Positions 9,080 to 18,556 of a stretch of 31,050 nucleotides of DNA are shown here, one piece after another. Position 1 is the stretch's first letter; every line of letters starts with the position of its first letter. A model generated the notes under the pieces. The model had not been told where the DNA came from. It did not search any database and saw only the letters and a list, made by a program, of their open reading frames with translations. Source of the stretch: Candidatus Rokuibacteriota bacterium (GTDB taxonomy: Bacteria; Methylomirabilota; Methylomirabilia; Rokubacteriales; CSP1-6); contig JACPCX010000184.1 of assembly GCA_016184305.1 (NCBI GenBank), positions 1 through 31,050 of the forward strand, given 5' to 3'. The position numbers and the translations under genes are program-made.

Positions 9080-10769
9080 GGTGCCCCTTGACCGCGAAGA
9101 GCCCCGACGGCCGCCGCTGGATGAAGAGGATCACCGCGACCAGGATGAGCACCTTGCCGTACACGGCGCCCAGCGACGGCTCGATGATCTTGTTGAGCCC
9201 GCCGATCCCCACGGCGGCGAGGATGCTGCCCAGGAGCTTGCCCACACCGCCCGTGACCACCACCATGAACGAGTCCACGATGTAGTTCTGGCCGAGCTCC
9301 GGCCCCACGTTCCCGATCTGCGTCAGGGCGCAGCCGGCCAGCCCCGCGAGCCCCGCCCCGAGGGCGAACGTGAAGGCATCCACGCGGCGGGCGCGCACCC
9401 CGAGGCAGGCGGCCATGCCGCGGTTCTGGGTCACCGCCCGGATGCGGAGCCCGGCCGCGGTCCTGAAGAGCAACAGGTACATCCCCGCGACGCAGACGGC
9501 GGCGAGCCCGATGATGAAGAGCCGGTTGTACGGCAGCTGGACGCCCACCATCACGGGAATGCCGCCCGACAGCCAGCGCGGCGCTGTCACATCCACGTTC
9601 GCCGCGCCGAACCAGAGCCTGAGCCCCTGCTGGACGATGAGGCTCACGCCCCACGTGAGGAGCAGCGTCTCCAGCGGGCGGCCGTAGAGGTGGCGAATCA
9701 CGCCGCGCTCCAGCACGAGCCCGGCGGCCGCCGCCACGGCGAACGCGAACGGCAGGGCGGCGAGAAAGTAGTAGTCGAAGGAGCCCGGCAGATGCGCCTG
9801 GAACCACCCCTGCATGACGAAGGTGGCGTAGGCGCCCAGCGCCATCAGCTCGCCGTGGGCCATGTTGATCACGCCCATGAGACCGAAGACGATGGCCAGC
9901 CCGAGGGCCATCAGGAGAAGGATCGAGGACAGCGAGAGCCCCTGGAAGGCCAGCTCGAGGGTGGTCGTCACGAGGCTCCAGCGCTCGATGCGCTTGACCG
10001 CTTCTCCGGCGGCCTGCCTCACCGAGGCCGCCGTGCTGCTGTCGGCGGCGATGTCGCGCAGCCGGTCCAGCGCGTTGACGCTGCGGAGGCTGCCGAGCCG
10101 GGCGGCCCCGCCGGCGCGGGCGGCGTCGTCGCTCGATCGCAGACCGATGAGCGCCAGCGCCTCCTCCATCGCGTGGCGCGCCCAGCGATCCGTCTCCCGC
10201 CCCAGCGCCTCGGCGAGCGCCGCCGTTGCTGCGGCATCGCCCGCATTGCCCATCTTCGTGGCCGCGGCGCGCCTCACCACGGGATCGGGGTTGGCAAGCT
10301 GGGACTGGCCGGAGAAGGCGTCGATCAGCGGCCGGAGCGCCAGGCGAAGGCTCCGCCCGGCTGAGACCTCCTCGAGCGCGGAGAGCTCCACCAGGAGCGG
10401 CTTGCCGTCCGCCCCGGTCACAGCCTCGCGGCCGTAGGCGCTGAAGAGCGGCACGAGGGTCCGCTCCCCGTCGGTCACCTTGTCGCCCACGATGACGGTG
10501 CCGCGGTTGCCCCTGCTCACGTGGACGTAGACGCTGCCCTCCCGGAGGGCCTCGAGGAGAGGCAGGATCTTCCGGTCGCCCGTCCTCCCGAGGGCCATGG
10601 CCGCCGCCTCCTGCACGGCCGGATCCTTGCTGGCGACATCCGTGAGCTGCTTCGCGATCTCCGGGGGCGCCGTGCCCGGCGCGGGAGCCGCTCCCGCCAC
10701 TGCCGGGACCGCGACAACCCCCGTCAGCAGCGCGAGCAGGAGTAGCAGGACGCGGGCCCCCTCGAGCAT
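9066..10769 (-). CDS. urtB: Urea ABC transporter permease UrtB with N-terminal periplasmic HEAT-like domain
   Basis: FGLMGVINMAHGE, LYGRPLETLLLTWG, YIVDSFMVVV; signal peptide and helical repeats at the N-terminus. Confidence 0.93.
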   Translation of the reverse strand: MLEGARVLLLLLALLTGVVAVPAVAGAAPAPGTAPPEIAKQLTDVASKDPAVQEAAAMALGRTGDRKILPLLEALREGSVYVHVSRGNRGTVIVGDKVTDGERTLVPLFSAYGREAVTGADGKPLLVELSALEEVSAGRSLRLALRPLIDAFSGQSQLANPDPVVRRAAATKMGNAGDAAATAALAEALGRETDRWARHAMEEALALIGLRSSDDAARAGGAARLGSLRSVNALDRLRDIAADSSTAASVRQAAGEAVKRIERWSLVTTTLELAFQGLSLSSILLLMALGLAIVFGLMGVINMAHGELMALGAYATFVMQGWFQAHLPGSFDYYFLAALPFAFAVAAAAGLVLERGVIRHLYGRPLETLLLTWGVSLIVQQGLRLWFGAANVDVTAPRWLSGGIPVMVGVQLPYNRLFIIGLAAVCVAGMYLLLFRTAAGLRIRAVTQNRGMAACLGVRARRVDAFTFALGAGLAGLAGCALTQIGNVGPELGQNYIVDSFMVVVTGGVGKLLGSILAAVGIGGLNKIIEPSLGAVYGKVLILVAVILFIQRRPSGLFAVKGHHADA

Positions 10770-10779
10770 TCCTTCCTTC

Positions 10780-12078
10780 TCAGGCCTTCTTCTGGTACGT
10801 CCCCTTCTGCTTCACCCAGTCGCAGCCCTTGTCCGGGCTCGTGTACTGGCTCCAGGGCTCGGCCTTGACCAGCCCCTTCGAGCGCGACACCGCCTTGAAC
10901 TGGCCGTCCTTCAGGATCTCGCCGATCAGCACCGGCTTGTACGTGTGGTGGTTGGCCTCGTCCATCTTGATCTTCCCGCCGGGAGCCAGGAACTCCTGGC
11001 CGTACACCGCCTTGCGCACGGCGTCCACCTCGAAGGACTTGGCTTTCTCCGCGGCCTGCTTCCAGATATGGACGCCGAAGTACGCCGCTTCCATCGGATC
11101 GTCGGTGACGCGCTTGTCTCCGCCCGGCAGGTTGTGCTTCTTCGCGTAGGCCTTGAAGGCCTGGACGAACTTCCTGTTCTGCGGCGTGTCAACGGACTGG
11201 TAGTAGTTCCACGCCGCGAGATGACCGACCAGCGCCGAGGTGTCCATGCCGCGCAGCTCGTCCTCGGCCACGCTGAAGGCCATGATGGGCGCGTTCTCGC
11301 TCCGCAGCCCCTGGTTGGCGAACTCCTTGTAGAAGGGCACGTTGGAGTCGCCGTTGATCGTCGACAGCACCGCGGCGTTGCCGCCCGAGGCGAAACGCTT
11401 GATCTTGCCGACGATGGTCTGATAGTCCTGATGGTTGAACGGCGTGTACTCCTCGGCGATGGAATCGGCGGGGATGCCCTTGGCCAGGAGGAACGCCCGG
11501 AGGATCTTGTTGGCCGTGCGCGGGAACACGTAGTCCGTGCCCAGCAGGTAGAACTTCTTGTAGCTGCCTCCCTCCCGCGACATCAGGTACTCGGCCGCCG
11601 GGATCAGCTGCTGGTTCGGCGTCGCGCCCGTGTAGAAGACGTTGCGCGAGCACTCCTCGCCTTCATACTGCACGGGGTAGAAGAGGAGCCCGTTGTTGTT
11701 CTCGAAGACCGGGAGCACCGACTTCCGGCTCACCGATGTCCAGCAGCCGAAGGTCACGGCCACCTTTTCCTGGAGCAGGAGCTGCTTGGCCTTCTCGGCG
11801 AAGAGGTCCCAGTTGGAGGCGGGATCCACGACGACGGGCTCGATCTTGCGGCCGAGCACGCCGCCCTTGCCGTTGATCTCTTCGATGGCCATGAGGACGA
11901 CGTCGCGGAGCGAGACCTCGCTGATGGCCATGGTCCCCGACAGCGAGTGAAGCACTCCGACCTTGACCGGCCCACCACCCTGCGCCGAGAGGATGGCCGG
12001 GAAACCGAGCCCCGCCGCCGCGCCGGCGCCGAGCGCCGCGGTCGTCTTGAGGAAGTCCCTGCGCGAGCATGCCTGCAT
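10780..12078 (-). CDS. urtA: Urea ABC transporter substrate-binding protein UrtA (Tat signal)
   Basis: ATG 12078 after AAGGAGA; SRRDFLK; GVLHSLSGTMAISE, GCWTSVSRK, YPVQYEG, GTDYVFPR. Confidence 0.95.
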   Translation of the reverse strand: MQACSRRDFLKTTAALGAGAAAGLGFPAILSAQGGGPVKVGVLHSLSGTMAISEVSLRDVVLMAIEEINGKGGVLGRKIEPVVVDPASNWDLFAEKAKQLLLQEKVAVTFGCWTSVSRKSVLPVFENNNGLLFYPVQYEGEECSRNVFYTGATPNQQLIPAAEYLMSREGGSYKKFYLLGTDYVFPRTANKILRAFLLAKGIPADSIAEEYTPFNHQDYQTIVGKIKRFASGGNAAVLSTINGDSNVPFYKEFANQGLRSENAPIMAFSVAEDELRGMDTSALVGHLAAWNYYQSVDTPQNRKFVQAFKAYAKKHNLPGGDKRVTDDPMEAAYFGVHIWKQAAEKAKSFEVDAVRKAVYGQEFLAPGGKIKMDEANHHTYKPVLIGEILKDGQFKAVSRSKGLVKAEPWSQYTSPDKGCDWVKQKGTYQKKA

Positions 12079-12173
12079 GTCGTTCTCCTTTCCGGTGACA
12101 GGTTCGTGTGGTCGCACGGGGTCTGTGCCTGGGGTCCCGGACGACGCTGTCCGCGTACCGCAACGGACAAGAG

Positions 12174-12189
12174 AGCAAGGGCTGTGCCG
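12174..12189 (-). promoter_or_regulatory. sigma-54 promoter of the urt-ure operon
   Basis: Minus strand CGGCACAGCCCTTGCT. Confidence 0.75.
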
Positions 12190-12253
12190 CGTGATCGCGG
12201 TGAGTCTTCTCCCGCAATTCCACCGACTTGGGCCGGTGCGGGCTGCTGCGGGC

Positions 12254-12299
12254 TGCTCGAACCGTGGGCAGTCAGCGGGCGCTGCCGAACAAAGCGGCA
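12254..12299. promoter_or_regulatory. Tandem NtrC-like enhancer boxes upstream of urtA
   Basis: TGCTCGAACCGTGGGCA (12254-12270) and TGCCGAACAAAGCGGCA (12283-12299), 29 bp apart. Confidence 0.65.
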
Positions 12300-12493
12300 G
12301 CTGGTTCGGGGGGCATCGAGCGCGCCCCCGGGCAGCCCCGGCCCGACCTATCCAAGCGCGATGGCTCGGGCACCGGCGGCCGGATGCCCATCCGGCCATC
12401 AGGCGGGGCCGGGGGGCGCACAGCAACCGCGGCCCCCTGGCCGCGCGCGAGGCGCCGGGAGCCGAACAACCAACGGCAGGCCGGGAAGGTCCA

Positions 12494-12703
12494 GCGGGCT
12501 GCGGAAAAACTCCGCAGGCCGCTCAAAAAGGTCCAGATGCAAGGCGGCGCCCGACGGCCGCACGCGAGGCGTACTCCGCTTGGCGAGCCGAGCCGGAGGC
12601 GAGAAGAGCGGATCCGGAGATCCGGGCAAGCGTGAGCGAGCCACGGCGAGCGTGCGGCCGAGGGCGCCGTACCTCCGCAGATGGGCCTTTTTCAGCGGCC
12701 TGC
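12494..12703. mobile_element. Non-coding MITE/REP-like palindromic element abutting the glnA stop
   Basis: Inverted ends 12514-12540 and 12677-12703 (23/27 match), internal complementary arms, extra left-end-like copy at 12494-12509; no transposase. Confidence 0.65.
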
Positions 12704-14127
12704 TAGATGTCGTAGTAGAGAGCGAACTCGTACGGATGCGGGCGCAGCCGGATCGGGTCCACCTCGTTCTTCCGCTTGTAGTCGATCCAGGTCTCGATGA
12801 GGTCCGGGGTGAACACGTCCCCCTTCAGGAGGAAGTCGTGGTCCTTCTCGAGGAGGTCGAGCACCACGTCGAGCGAGCCCGGCAGCTGCTTGATCTTCTT
12901 CTGCTCGGCGGGCGGCAGCTCGTAGAGGTCCTTGTCCACCGGCTTGCCCGGGTCGATCTTGTTGGCGATGCCGTCGAGCCCGGCCATCACGCAGGCCGCG
13001 AAGGACAGGTACGGGTTGCAGGTCGGGTCCGGCGTGCGGAACTCGATGCGCTTGGCCCCCTCCGACTTGCTGTACATGGGGATGCGGATGGCCGCCGAGC
13101 GGTTCCGCTGGCTGTACACAAGGTTGATGGGCGCCTCGTAGCCGGGCACCAGCCGCTTGTAGCTGTTCGTGCTGGGCGCGATGAAGGCCAGCAGCGCCGG
13201 GGCGTGCTTGAGGATGCCGCCGATATAGTGGAGACAGGTCTTGGAGATGTCGGCGTAGCCCCCGCGCTCGTAGAAGAGGTTCTTGCCGTTCTTCCAGAGC
13301 GACTGGTGGGTGTGCATGCCGGAGCCGTTGTCCTGGAAGAGGGGCTTCGGCATGAAGGTGGCCGTCTTGCCCCATTTCTTGGCGGTGTTCTTGGCGCAGT
13401 ACTTGTACCAGCACACCCGGTCGGCCATCTTGGTCAGTGTGTCGAAGCGCATGTCGATCTCGGTCTGCCCGCCCGTCGCCACCTCGTGGTGGTGCACCTC
13501 CACGCGGATGCCCACGGACTCCAGCGCCAGGACCATGTCGGAGCGGATGTCCTGGAAGTGGTCCATGGGGGGCACCGGGAAGTAGCCCTGCTTGTAGCGC
13601 GGCTTGTAGCCGAGATTGGGCCGCTCCGGCGTCCCCTCCTTGCCGCTGTTCCAGGCGGCCGCCTCGGAGTCGATGAAGTAGAAGCCGTAGTTGGAGCCCT
13701 GGTCGAATCGAATCGAGTCGAAGAAGAAGAACTCGAGCTCGGGGCCGATGTAGATCGTGTCGGCGAGCCCCCCGCGCTTGACGTAGGCCTCCGCCTTCTG
13801 GGCCACGTAGCGTGGATCGCGGCTGTAGGGCTTCCCCGTCACCGGGTCCTTGATGTTGCAGATCAGCACCAGCGTCGGCACCGCCGTGAAGGGGTCCATC
13901 TGCGCCGTGGACGCATCGGGGACGACCAGCATGTCCGACTCGTCGATCGTCTGGAAGCCGCGGATCGAGGAGCCGTCGAAGCCCAGCCCGTCCTCGAAGA
14001 TCCCCTCGCTCAGCTCGGAGATGGGGATCGAGAAGTGCTGCCACAGACCGGGGAGATCGATGAACCGCAGGTCAACGATCCGGGCTCCCTTCTCCTTGGC
14101 CATCTTCAACACGTCCTTCGGGGTCAT
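12703..14127 (-). CDS. glnA: Glutamine synthetase type I (beta)
   Basis: [61 protein letters not shown] adenylylation loop. Confidence 0.98.
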   Translation of the reverse strand: MTPKDVLKMAKEKGARIVDLRFIDLPGLWQHFSIPISELSEGIFEDGLGFDGSSIRGFQTIDESDMLVVPDASTAQMDPFTAVPTLVLICNIKDPVTGKPYSRDPRYVAQKAEAYVKRGGLADTIYIGPELEFFFFDSIRFDQGSNYGFYFIDSEAAAWNSGKEGTPERPNLGYKPRYKQGYFPVPPMDHFQDIRSDMVLALESVGIRVEVHHHEVATGGQTEIDMRFDTLTKMADRVCWYKYCAKNTAKKWGKTATFMPKPLFQDNGSGMHTHQSLWKNGKNLFYERGGYADISKTCLHYIGGILKHAPALLAFIAPSTNSYKRLVPGYEAPINLVYSQRNRSAAIRIPMYSKSEGAKRIEFRTPDPTCNPYLSFAACVMAGLDGIANKIDPGKPVDKDLYELPPAEQKKIKQLPGSLDVVLDLLEKDHDFLLKGDVFTPDLIETWIDYKRKNEVDPIRLRPHPYEFALYYDI

Positions 14128-14199
14128 TCCTCTGCCTCCTCAATGAGAGTTGCGTGGGAACAGGAACTCCAGGGCCGGCGGCCGCATCGCCTCGCCCCA

Positions 14200-14228
14200 A
14201 CACTAGAAGCTCCGTCTCGTGCCGTCAA
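14200..14228 (-). promoter_or_regulatory. sigma-70-type promoter of glnA
   Basis: TTGACG-N17-TAGTGT on the minus strand. Confidence 0.55.
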
Positions 14229-14253
14229 GCCGGCCCATCTACCATTCATTCAT

Positions 14254-14355
14254 GGCATGGCGGGGCCCAGAAATGGCCCCCGCCATGCCTACACCTCGCG
14301 CGAGCCTCCGGGCCCGACACTCTACCATTGCGGGGGCCCAGAAATGGCCCCCGCA
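14254..14355. repeat. Two copies of a GC-rich REP-like hairpin between amtB and glnA
   Basis: GCGGGG(G)CC-CAGAAAT-GGCCCCCGC at 14254-14289 and 14329-14355. Confidence 0.7.
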
Positions 14356-14374
14356 CTCCCCCAGGCGGGCAACC

Positions 14375-15862
14375 CTAGTGATCGATGCGCGCCTTGGCCT
14401 CGGCGGATCGCATCGCCTGCTCGAAGGCGCCGCCACCCGTCATCGAGTACTCGCCGTAGCTGCCGCCGAGCGCGTAGGCGGTTTCCGAGTGCTGCGAGAG
14501 GTCGAGCCCGGCCATCTCCTCCTCCTCGCTGACCCGCAGGCCCATGACCGCGTCGAGCACCTTGAGGATCACCGTGGTCATGACGAAGCCCAGCACGACC
14601 GTCACCAGGATGGCCAGCACCTGCACGCCGAGCTGGCTGGGGTTGCCGTAGAGGAGCCCGTCGCCCCCCGCATCGTTCACGGTCTTGGTCGCGAACAGGC
14701 CCGTGGCGATGGCGCCCCAGGTCCCGCCCACCCCGTGGACCCCGACCACGTCGAGGGAGTCGTCGTAGCCGAGCCGGCCCTTCAGGTTGCACGCGGTGTA
14801 GCAGAGAACGCCGGCCACGCCGCCGATGACGATGGACGCCATTGGCGTGACGAACCCGGCCGCCGGCGTGACGGCCACGAGGCCGGCCACGGCACCGGAG
14901 GCAGCGCCGAGCACGGTCGGCTTGCCACGCTGGCTCCACTCCGTGAATATCCAGCCGAGCGCTGCTGCCGCCGCCGCCGTGTTGGTCGTGGTGAAGGCGT
15001 GGGCGGCGAGGCCGTTGGCGCCGAGCGCGCTCCCCGCGTTGAAGCCGAACCAGCCGAACCACAGGAGCCCCGCGCCCATCACCGTCATGGGCAGGTTGTG
15101 CGGGGGCATGGGCTGATGCCCGTACCCCTTGCGCTTGCCGATGACGAGGGCCGCCGCCAGAGCGGAGACGCCGGACGAGATGTGCACGACGGTGCCGCCC
15201 GCGAAGTCCAGCGCCCCCAGGGTGCGCAGCCACCCGCCCACGCCCCAGACCCAGTGGGCGAGCGGGTCGTACACCAAGGTGGCCCATGCCAGAACGAAGA
15301 TGATGAAGGTGGAGAAGCGCTTCCGCTCCGCGAACGCGCCGGTGATGAGGGCCGGCGTGATGATCGCGAACATCATCTGGAAGAGCATGAAGGCCTGGTG
15401 CGGGATCGTGGCGGCGTAGTCCGCGTTGGGCGTGGGCCCCACCCCGCGAAGCCCGATCCACTCGAGCCCGCCGATGATGCCTCCCTTGTCCGGGCCGAAG
15501 GCCAGACTGTAGCCCCAGAGGACCCACTGGATCGAGATGAGCGCCACGATGATGAAGCTGTGCATGAGGGTGCCGAGGGCGTTCTTCTGGCGCACCATGC
15601 CGCCGTAGAACAGCGCGAGCCCCGGGGCCGTCATGAGGAGCACCAGCGCGGAGGCGGTGAGCACCCAGGCCGTGTCGCCCGTGTCGATCTTCGGCGGCGC
15701 GGGGGCGGCCGGAGCCCCGGCCGGGGCAGATGCCTCGCTCTTCGGCGCCTCTGCCGCCGGTGCTGCCGGCTGAGTCGGGTACTGGGCGGCCGCTTCTCCC
15801 CCCAGGAGAGAGCACACCGCCAGCACCAGCCCCATCACCACCGCTCGATTCGCCTTGGCCAC
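14375..15862 (-). CDS. amtB: Ammonium transporter AmtB
   Basis: GTG 15862 after AGGAGG; GDTAWVL, FYGGMVR, AHWVWG, DFAGGTVVH, WFGWFGFNAGS, DDSLDVVGVHG. Confidence 0.96.
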   Translation of the reverse strand: MAKANRAVVMGLVLAVCSLLGGEAAAQYPTQPAAPAAEAPKSEASAPAGAPAAPAPPKIDTGDTAWVLTASALVLLMTAPGLALFYGGMVRQKNALGTLMHSFIIVALISIQWVLWGYSLAFGPDKGGIIGGLEWIGLRGVGPTPNADYAATIPHQAFMLFQMMFAIITPALITGAFAERKRFSTFIIFVLAWATLVYDPLAHWVWGVGGWLRTLGALDFAGGTVVHISSGVSALAAALVIGKRKGYGHQPMPPHNLPMTVMGAGLLWFGWFGFNAGSALGANGLAAHAFTTTNTAAAAAALGWIFTEWSQRGKPTVLGAASGAVAGLVAVTPAAGFVTPMASIVIGGVAGVLCYTACNLKGRLGYDDSLDVVGVHGVGGTWGAIATGLFATKTVNDAGGDGLLYGNPSQLGVQVLAILVTVVLGFVMTTVILKVLDAVMGLRVSEEEEMAGLDLSQHSETAYALGGSYGEYSMTGGGAFEQAMRSAEAKARIDH

Positions 15863-15914
15863 CGTCACTCCTCCTAAGATCGCGGAGTCCCCTGCGGAGA
15901 TCTTCCGCGCCCTG

Positions 15915-16322
<408 letters not shown>

Positions 16323-16366
16323 TCAGCGGGTTGAACAGATGGGTGGAGAGGTCGGACCAGGCCGCC

Positions 16367-16413
16367 TGCTCACGAACTGGGCAGGCTCAGCCGGAGTGCC
16401 TACAAGCTAGGCA
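16367..16413. promoter_or_regulatory. Tandem NtrC-like enhancer boxes upstream of glnK
   Basis: TGCTCACGAACTGGGCA (16367-16383) and TGCCTACAAGCTAGGCA (16397-16413), 30 bp apart. Confidence 0.7.
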
Positions 16414-16446
16414 TCCTCCGGCATTCGGGCGTGCTGCCGAGCGGGA

Positions 16447-16857
16447 TCAGTCGAGCCACTGGGGTTCGTCGGCCCTGTGCCCGGCAACGGGTGGCCTCGG
16501 GGGCCCCCAGGGACTCCCTAGCGCTTCCCTTATGGCGGTCCGGAGATCCCTGAGGTCGGCGCTCTTCTGAGCGATCCGGATGCCGAGGAAGCGGCCGGGA
16601 GCATCCTCCGGGAGCATGCCGGAGCAGACGATGACGGGCGTCCGGCTGCCCTGGCGGTCCAGGGCGCGCAGGAAGTCCACTCCGTTCATCCGGGGCAGAT
16701 TGAGGTCGAGAAGGATGAGGTCGGGCTTCACCGAGTCGAGCATGGAGAGCGCCTGCTGTCCGTCCGCAGCCTCGAAGAGCTGGAACTGCTGCCCGAGCTC
16801 CATGTGGTACAAAGCCCGCCAGGCTGGATCGTCCTCGACGATGAGCATGGTCGTCAT
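16447..16857 (-). CDS. Single-domain response regulator (REC)
   Basis: MLIVEDD, PDLILLDLNLPRMNG, VIVCSG, QKS; SD GGAGG. Confidence 0.85.
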   Translation of the reverse strand: MTTMLIVEDDPAWRALYHMELGQQFQLFEAADGQQALSMLDSVKPDLILLDLNLPRMNGVDFLRALDRQGSRTPVIVCSGMLPEDAPGRFLGIRIAQKSADLRDLRTAIREALGSPWGPPRPPVAGHRADEPQWLD

Positions 16858-16884
16858 GGGCCCCACCTCCCCGGTCAACCAGGT

Positions 16885-16900
16885 TGCAAGGCTGGTGCCG
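16885..16900 (-). promoter_or_regulatory. sigma-54 promoter of the REC gene
   Basis: Minus strand CGGCACCAGCCTTGCA. Confidence 0.7.
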
Positions 16901-17052
16901 CGGTCCCGGAGCAGACATGTCGGCCACTTGGCGAACGCGGGGGCCGCGGGGGCGTCCCGCGGTGGACGGGCCGCGGTGACAGCTGCTCGCCGGGGAGACA
17001 GCCGTCCCGGGCGACAGCGGGCGGCCGGATCGAGAGGGGGTCGGGCCGGAGA

Positions 17053-18411
17053 CTACGAGCGGCGCTGCGGGATGCCGTGGCGGCGCATCTTGGAGTACAG
17101 CGTCGGGCGGCGGAGTCCCAGGAGCGCTGCCGCCGCCTGCTTGTTCCAGCCGGTAGACTCCAGCGCCCGGATGATGGACACGCGCTCGATCTCCTCCAGC
17201 GAGCCCGCCGCCGGCGCCCCGCCGGTCGGGGGCCCCGCCTGGGCGCGGAGCCCCTCAGGCAGGTCCGAGACCGCGATCTCCTTGCCGCGCGCCACGAGCA
17301 CCCCGCGCTCGATGGCATGCTCCAGCTCGCGCACGTTGCCGGGCCACGGGTAGGCGAGCAGGCGCCGGTAGGCCTCGGGATCGATCCCGTCCACCTGGCG
17401 GCCGTGCCTGGTCCTGAACCGCTCGAGGAAGGCCTTGGCCAGCACCGGGATGTCGCCGGTCCGGTCGCGCAGCGACGGCAGGGCTACGGTCACCGTGTTG
17501 ATGCGGAAGTACAGGTCCTGCCTGAGGCGCCCGTCACGGACGGCGGCCTCGGGCTCTCGGTTGGTCGAGCAGAGCAAGCGGAAGTCCACCGGCACGGTGC
17601 GTGAGCCGCCCAGCCGCCGCACCTGGCGGTCCTCGAGCACGCGCAGAAGCTTGGCCTGCAGGTCCAGCGGCATCTCCGTGATCTCGTCCAGGAGCACCGT
17701 CCCGCGGTGCGCCTCCTCGAGGAGCCCCGGCTTGTCCGTCGCGGCGCCGGTGAACGCCCCCTTCACGTGGCCGAACAGCTCCGACTCGATCAGGTCCTTG
17801 GGGAGCGCGGCGCAGTTGATCTTCACCAGCGGCCCGCCCGCGCGCAGGCTCTTGGCGTGGAGCGCGTTGGCCACGAGCTCCTTGCCCGTGCCGCTCTCGC
17901 CGAGGATCAGGACAGCCGCGTCCGAGGCCGCCACCGACTCCAGGAGCTCGAACATGCGCTTCATGGTGGGCGCGCTGCCCAGGATCTCCCCGAACCCCGA
18001 TTGCTCGGCGAGCTGCCGCTTGAGGTCCGAGGTCTCGGCGAGCAGTCGCCGCCGCTCCAGGGCCTTGGCCACGAGCGGGAGCATCTCGGCCGAATCGAAC
18101 GGCTTGGCGACGAAGTAGAAGGCGCCCTGCTTCGTGGCCTCCACGGCCTTCTGGATCGAGGAGTGGCCGGTCATGATGATGACCTCGAGCGCGGGGTCCT
18201 TGCTCTTGAGGAGCTGGAGCAGCCCGAGCCCGTCGCCATCGGGCAGGACGAGGTCCACGACGGCGAGCGAGAACTCGTGCTGCGCCATCTGGACCATGGC
18301 GCTCGCGCTGTCGCCGGCGACGGCGACAGCGTAGCCCTCGCTCTCGAGGACGATCCGGAGCCAGTCGGCGATCGCGGCCTCGTCGTCCACCAGGAGGATG
18401 CGGGATTTCAT
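17053..18411 (-). CDS. sigma-54-dependent response regulator (REC-AAA+-HTH, AtoC/NtrC family)
   Basis: REC domain, GESGTGKE, ESELFGHVKGAFTGA, LLDEI, WPGNVREL, HTH GWNKQAAAALLGLRRPTLYSK. Confidence 0.95.
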   Translation of the reverse strand: MKSRILLVDDEAAIADWLRIVLESEGYAVAVAGDSASAMVQMAQHEFSLAVVDLVLPDGDGLGLLQLLKSKDPALEVIIMTGHSSIQKAVEATKQGAFYFVAKPFDSAEMLPLVAKALERRRLLAETSDLKRQLAEQSGFGEILGSAPTMKRMFELLESVAASDAAVLILGESGTGKELVANALHAKSLRAGGPLVKINCAALPKDLIESELFGHVKGAFTGAATDKPGLLEEAHRGTVLLDEITEMPLDLQAKLLRVLEDRQVRRLGGSRTVPVDFRLLCSTNREPEAAVRDGRLRQDLYFRINTVTVALPSLRDRTGDIPVLAKAFLERFRTRHGRQVDGIDPEAYRRLLAYPWPGNVRELEHAIERGVLVARGKEIAVSDLPEGLRAQAGPPTGGAPAAGSLEEIERVSIIRALESTGWNKQAAAALLGLRRPTLYSKMRRHGIPQRRS

Positions 18412-18521
18412 GCCGCCCTCATCTTCCTTTCACCCTAGCACAGCCCCCCGCGGGCGACCAGATCGCTGCCAGCGCTCCGCGCGCAGGGCGCCCGCCGGAC
18501 CGAGCGGGGAGGCGCGCCGCC

Positions 18522-18550
18522 TTGACAGTCCCGTGGGCCACGCGCAATAT
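18522..18550 (+). promoter_or_regulatory. sigma-70-type promoter heading the F420 cluster
   Basis: TTGACA-N17-CAATAT, ending 6 nt before GTG 18557. Confidence 0.5.
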
Positions 18551-18556
18551 GGCCCC

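Noticed and set aside
10597..14532. 1311-aa plus-strand ORF and other long ORFs opposite real genes (e.g. 4097-5788, 14219-15877, 26019-28022)
   Set aside because: Antisense or alternate-frame shadows typical of high-GC DNA; no domain motifs, and they overlap clearly identified genes
17053..18411. Naming this gene ntrC
   Set aside because: HTH is not NtrC-like and no ntrB is adjacent
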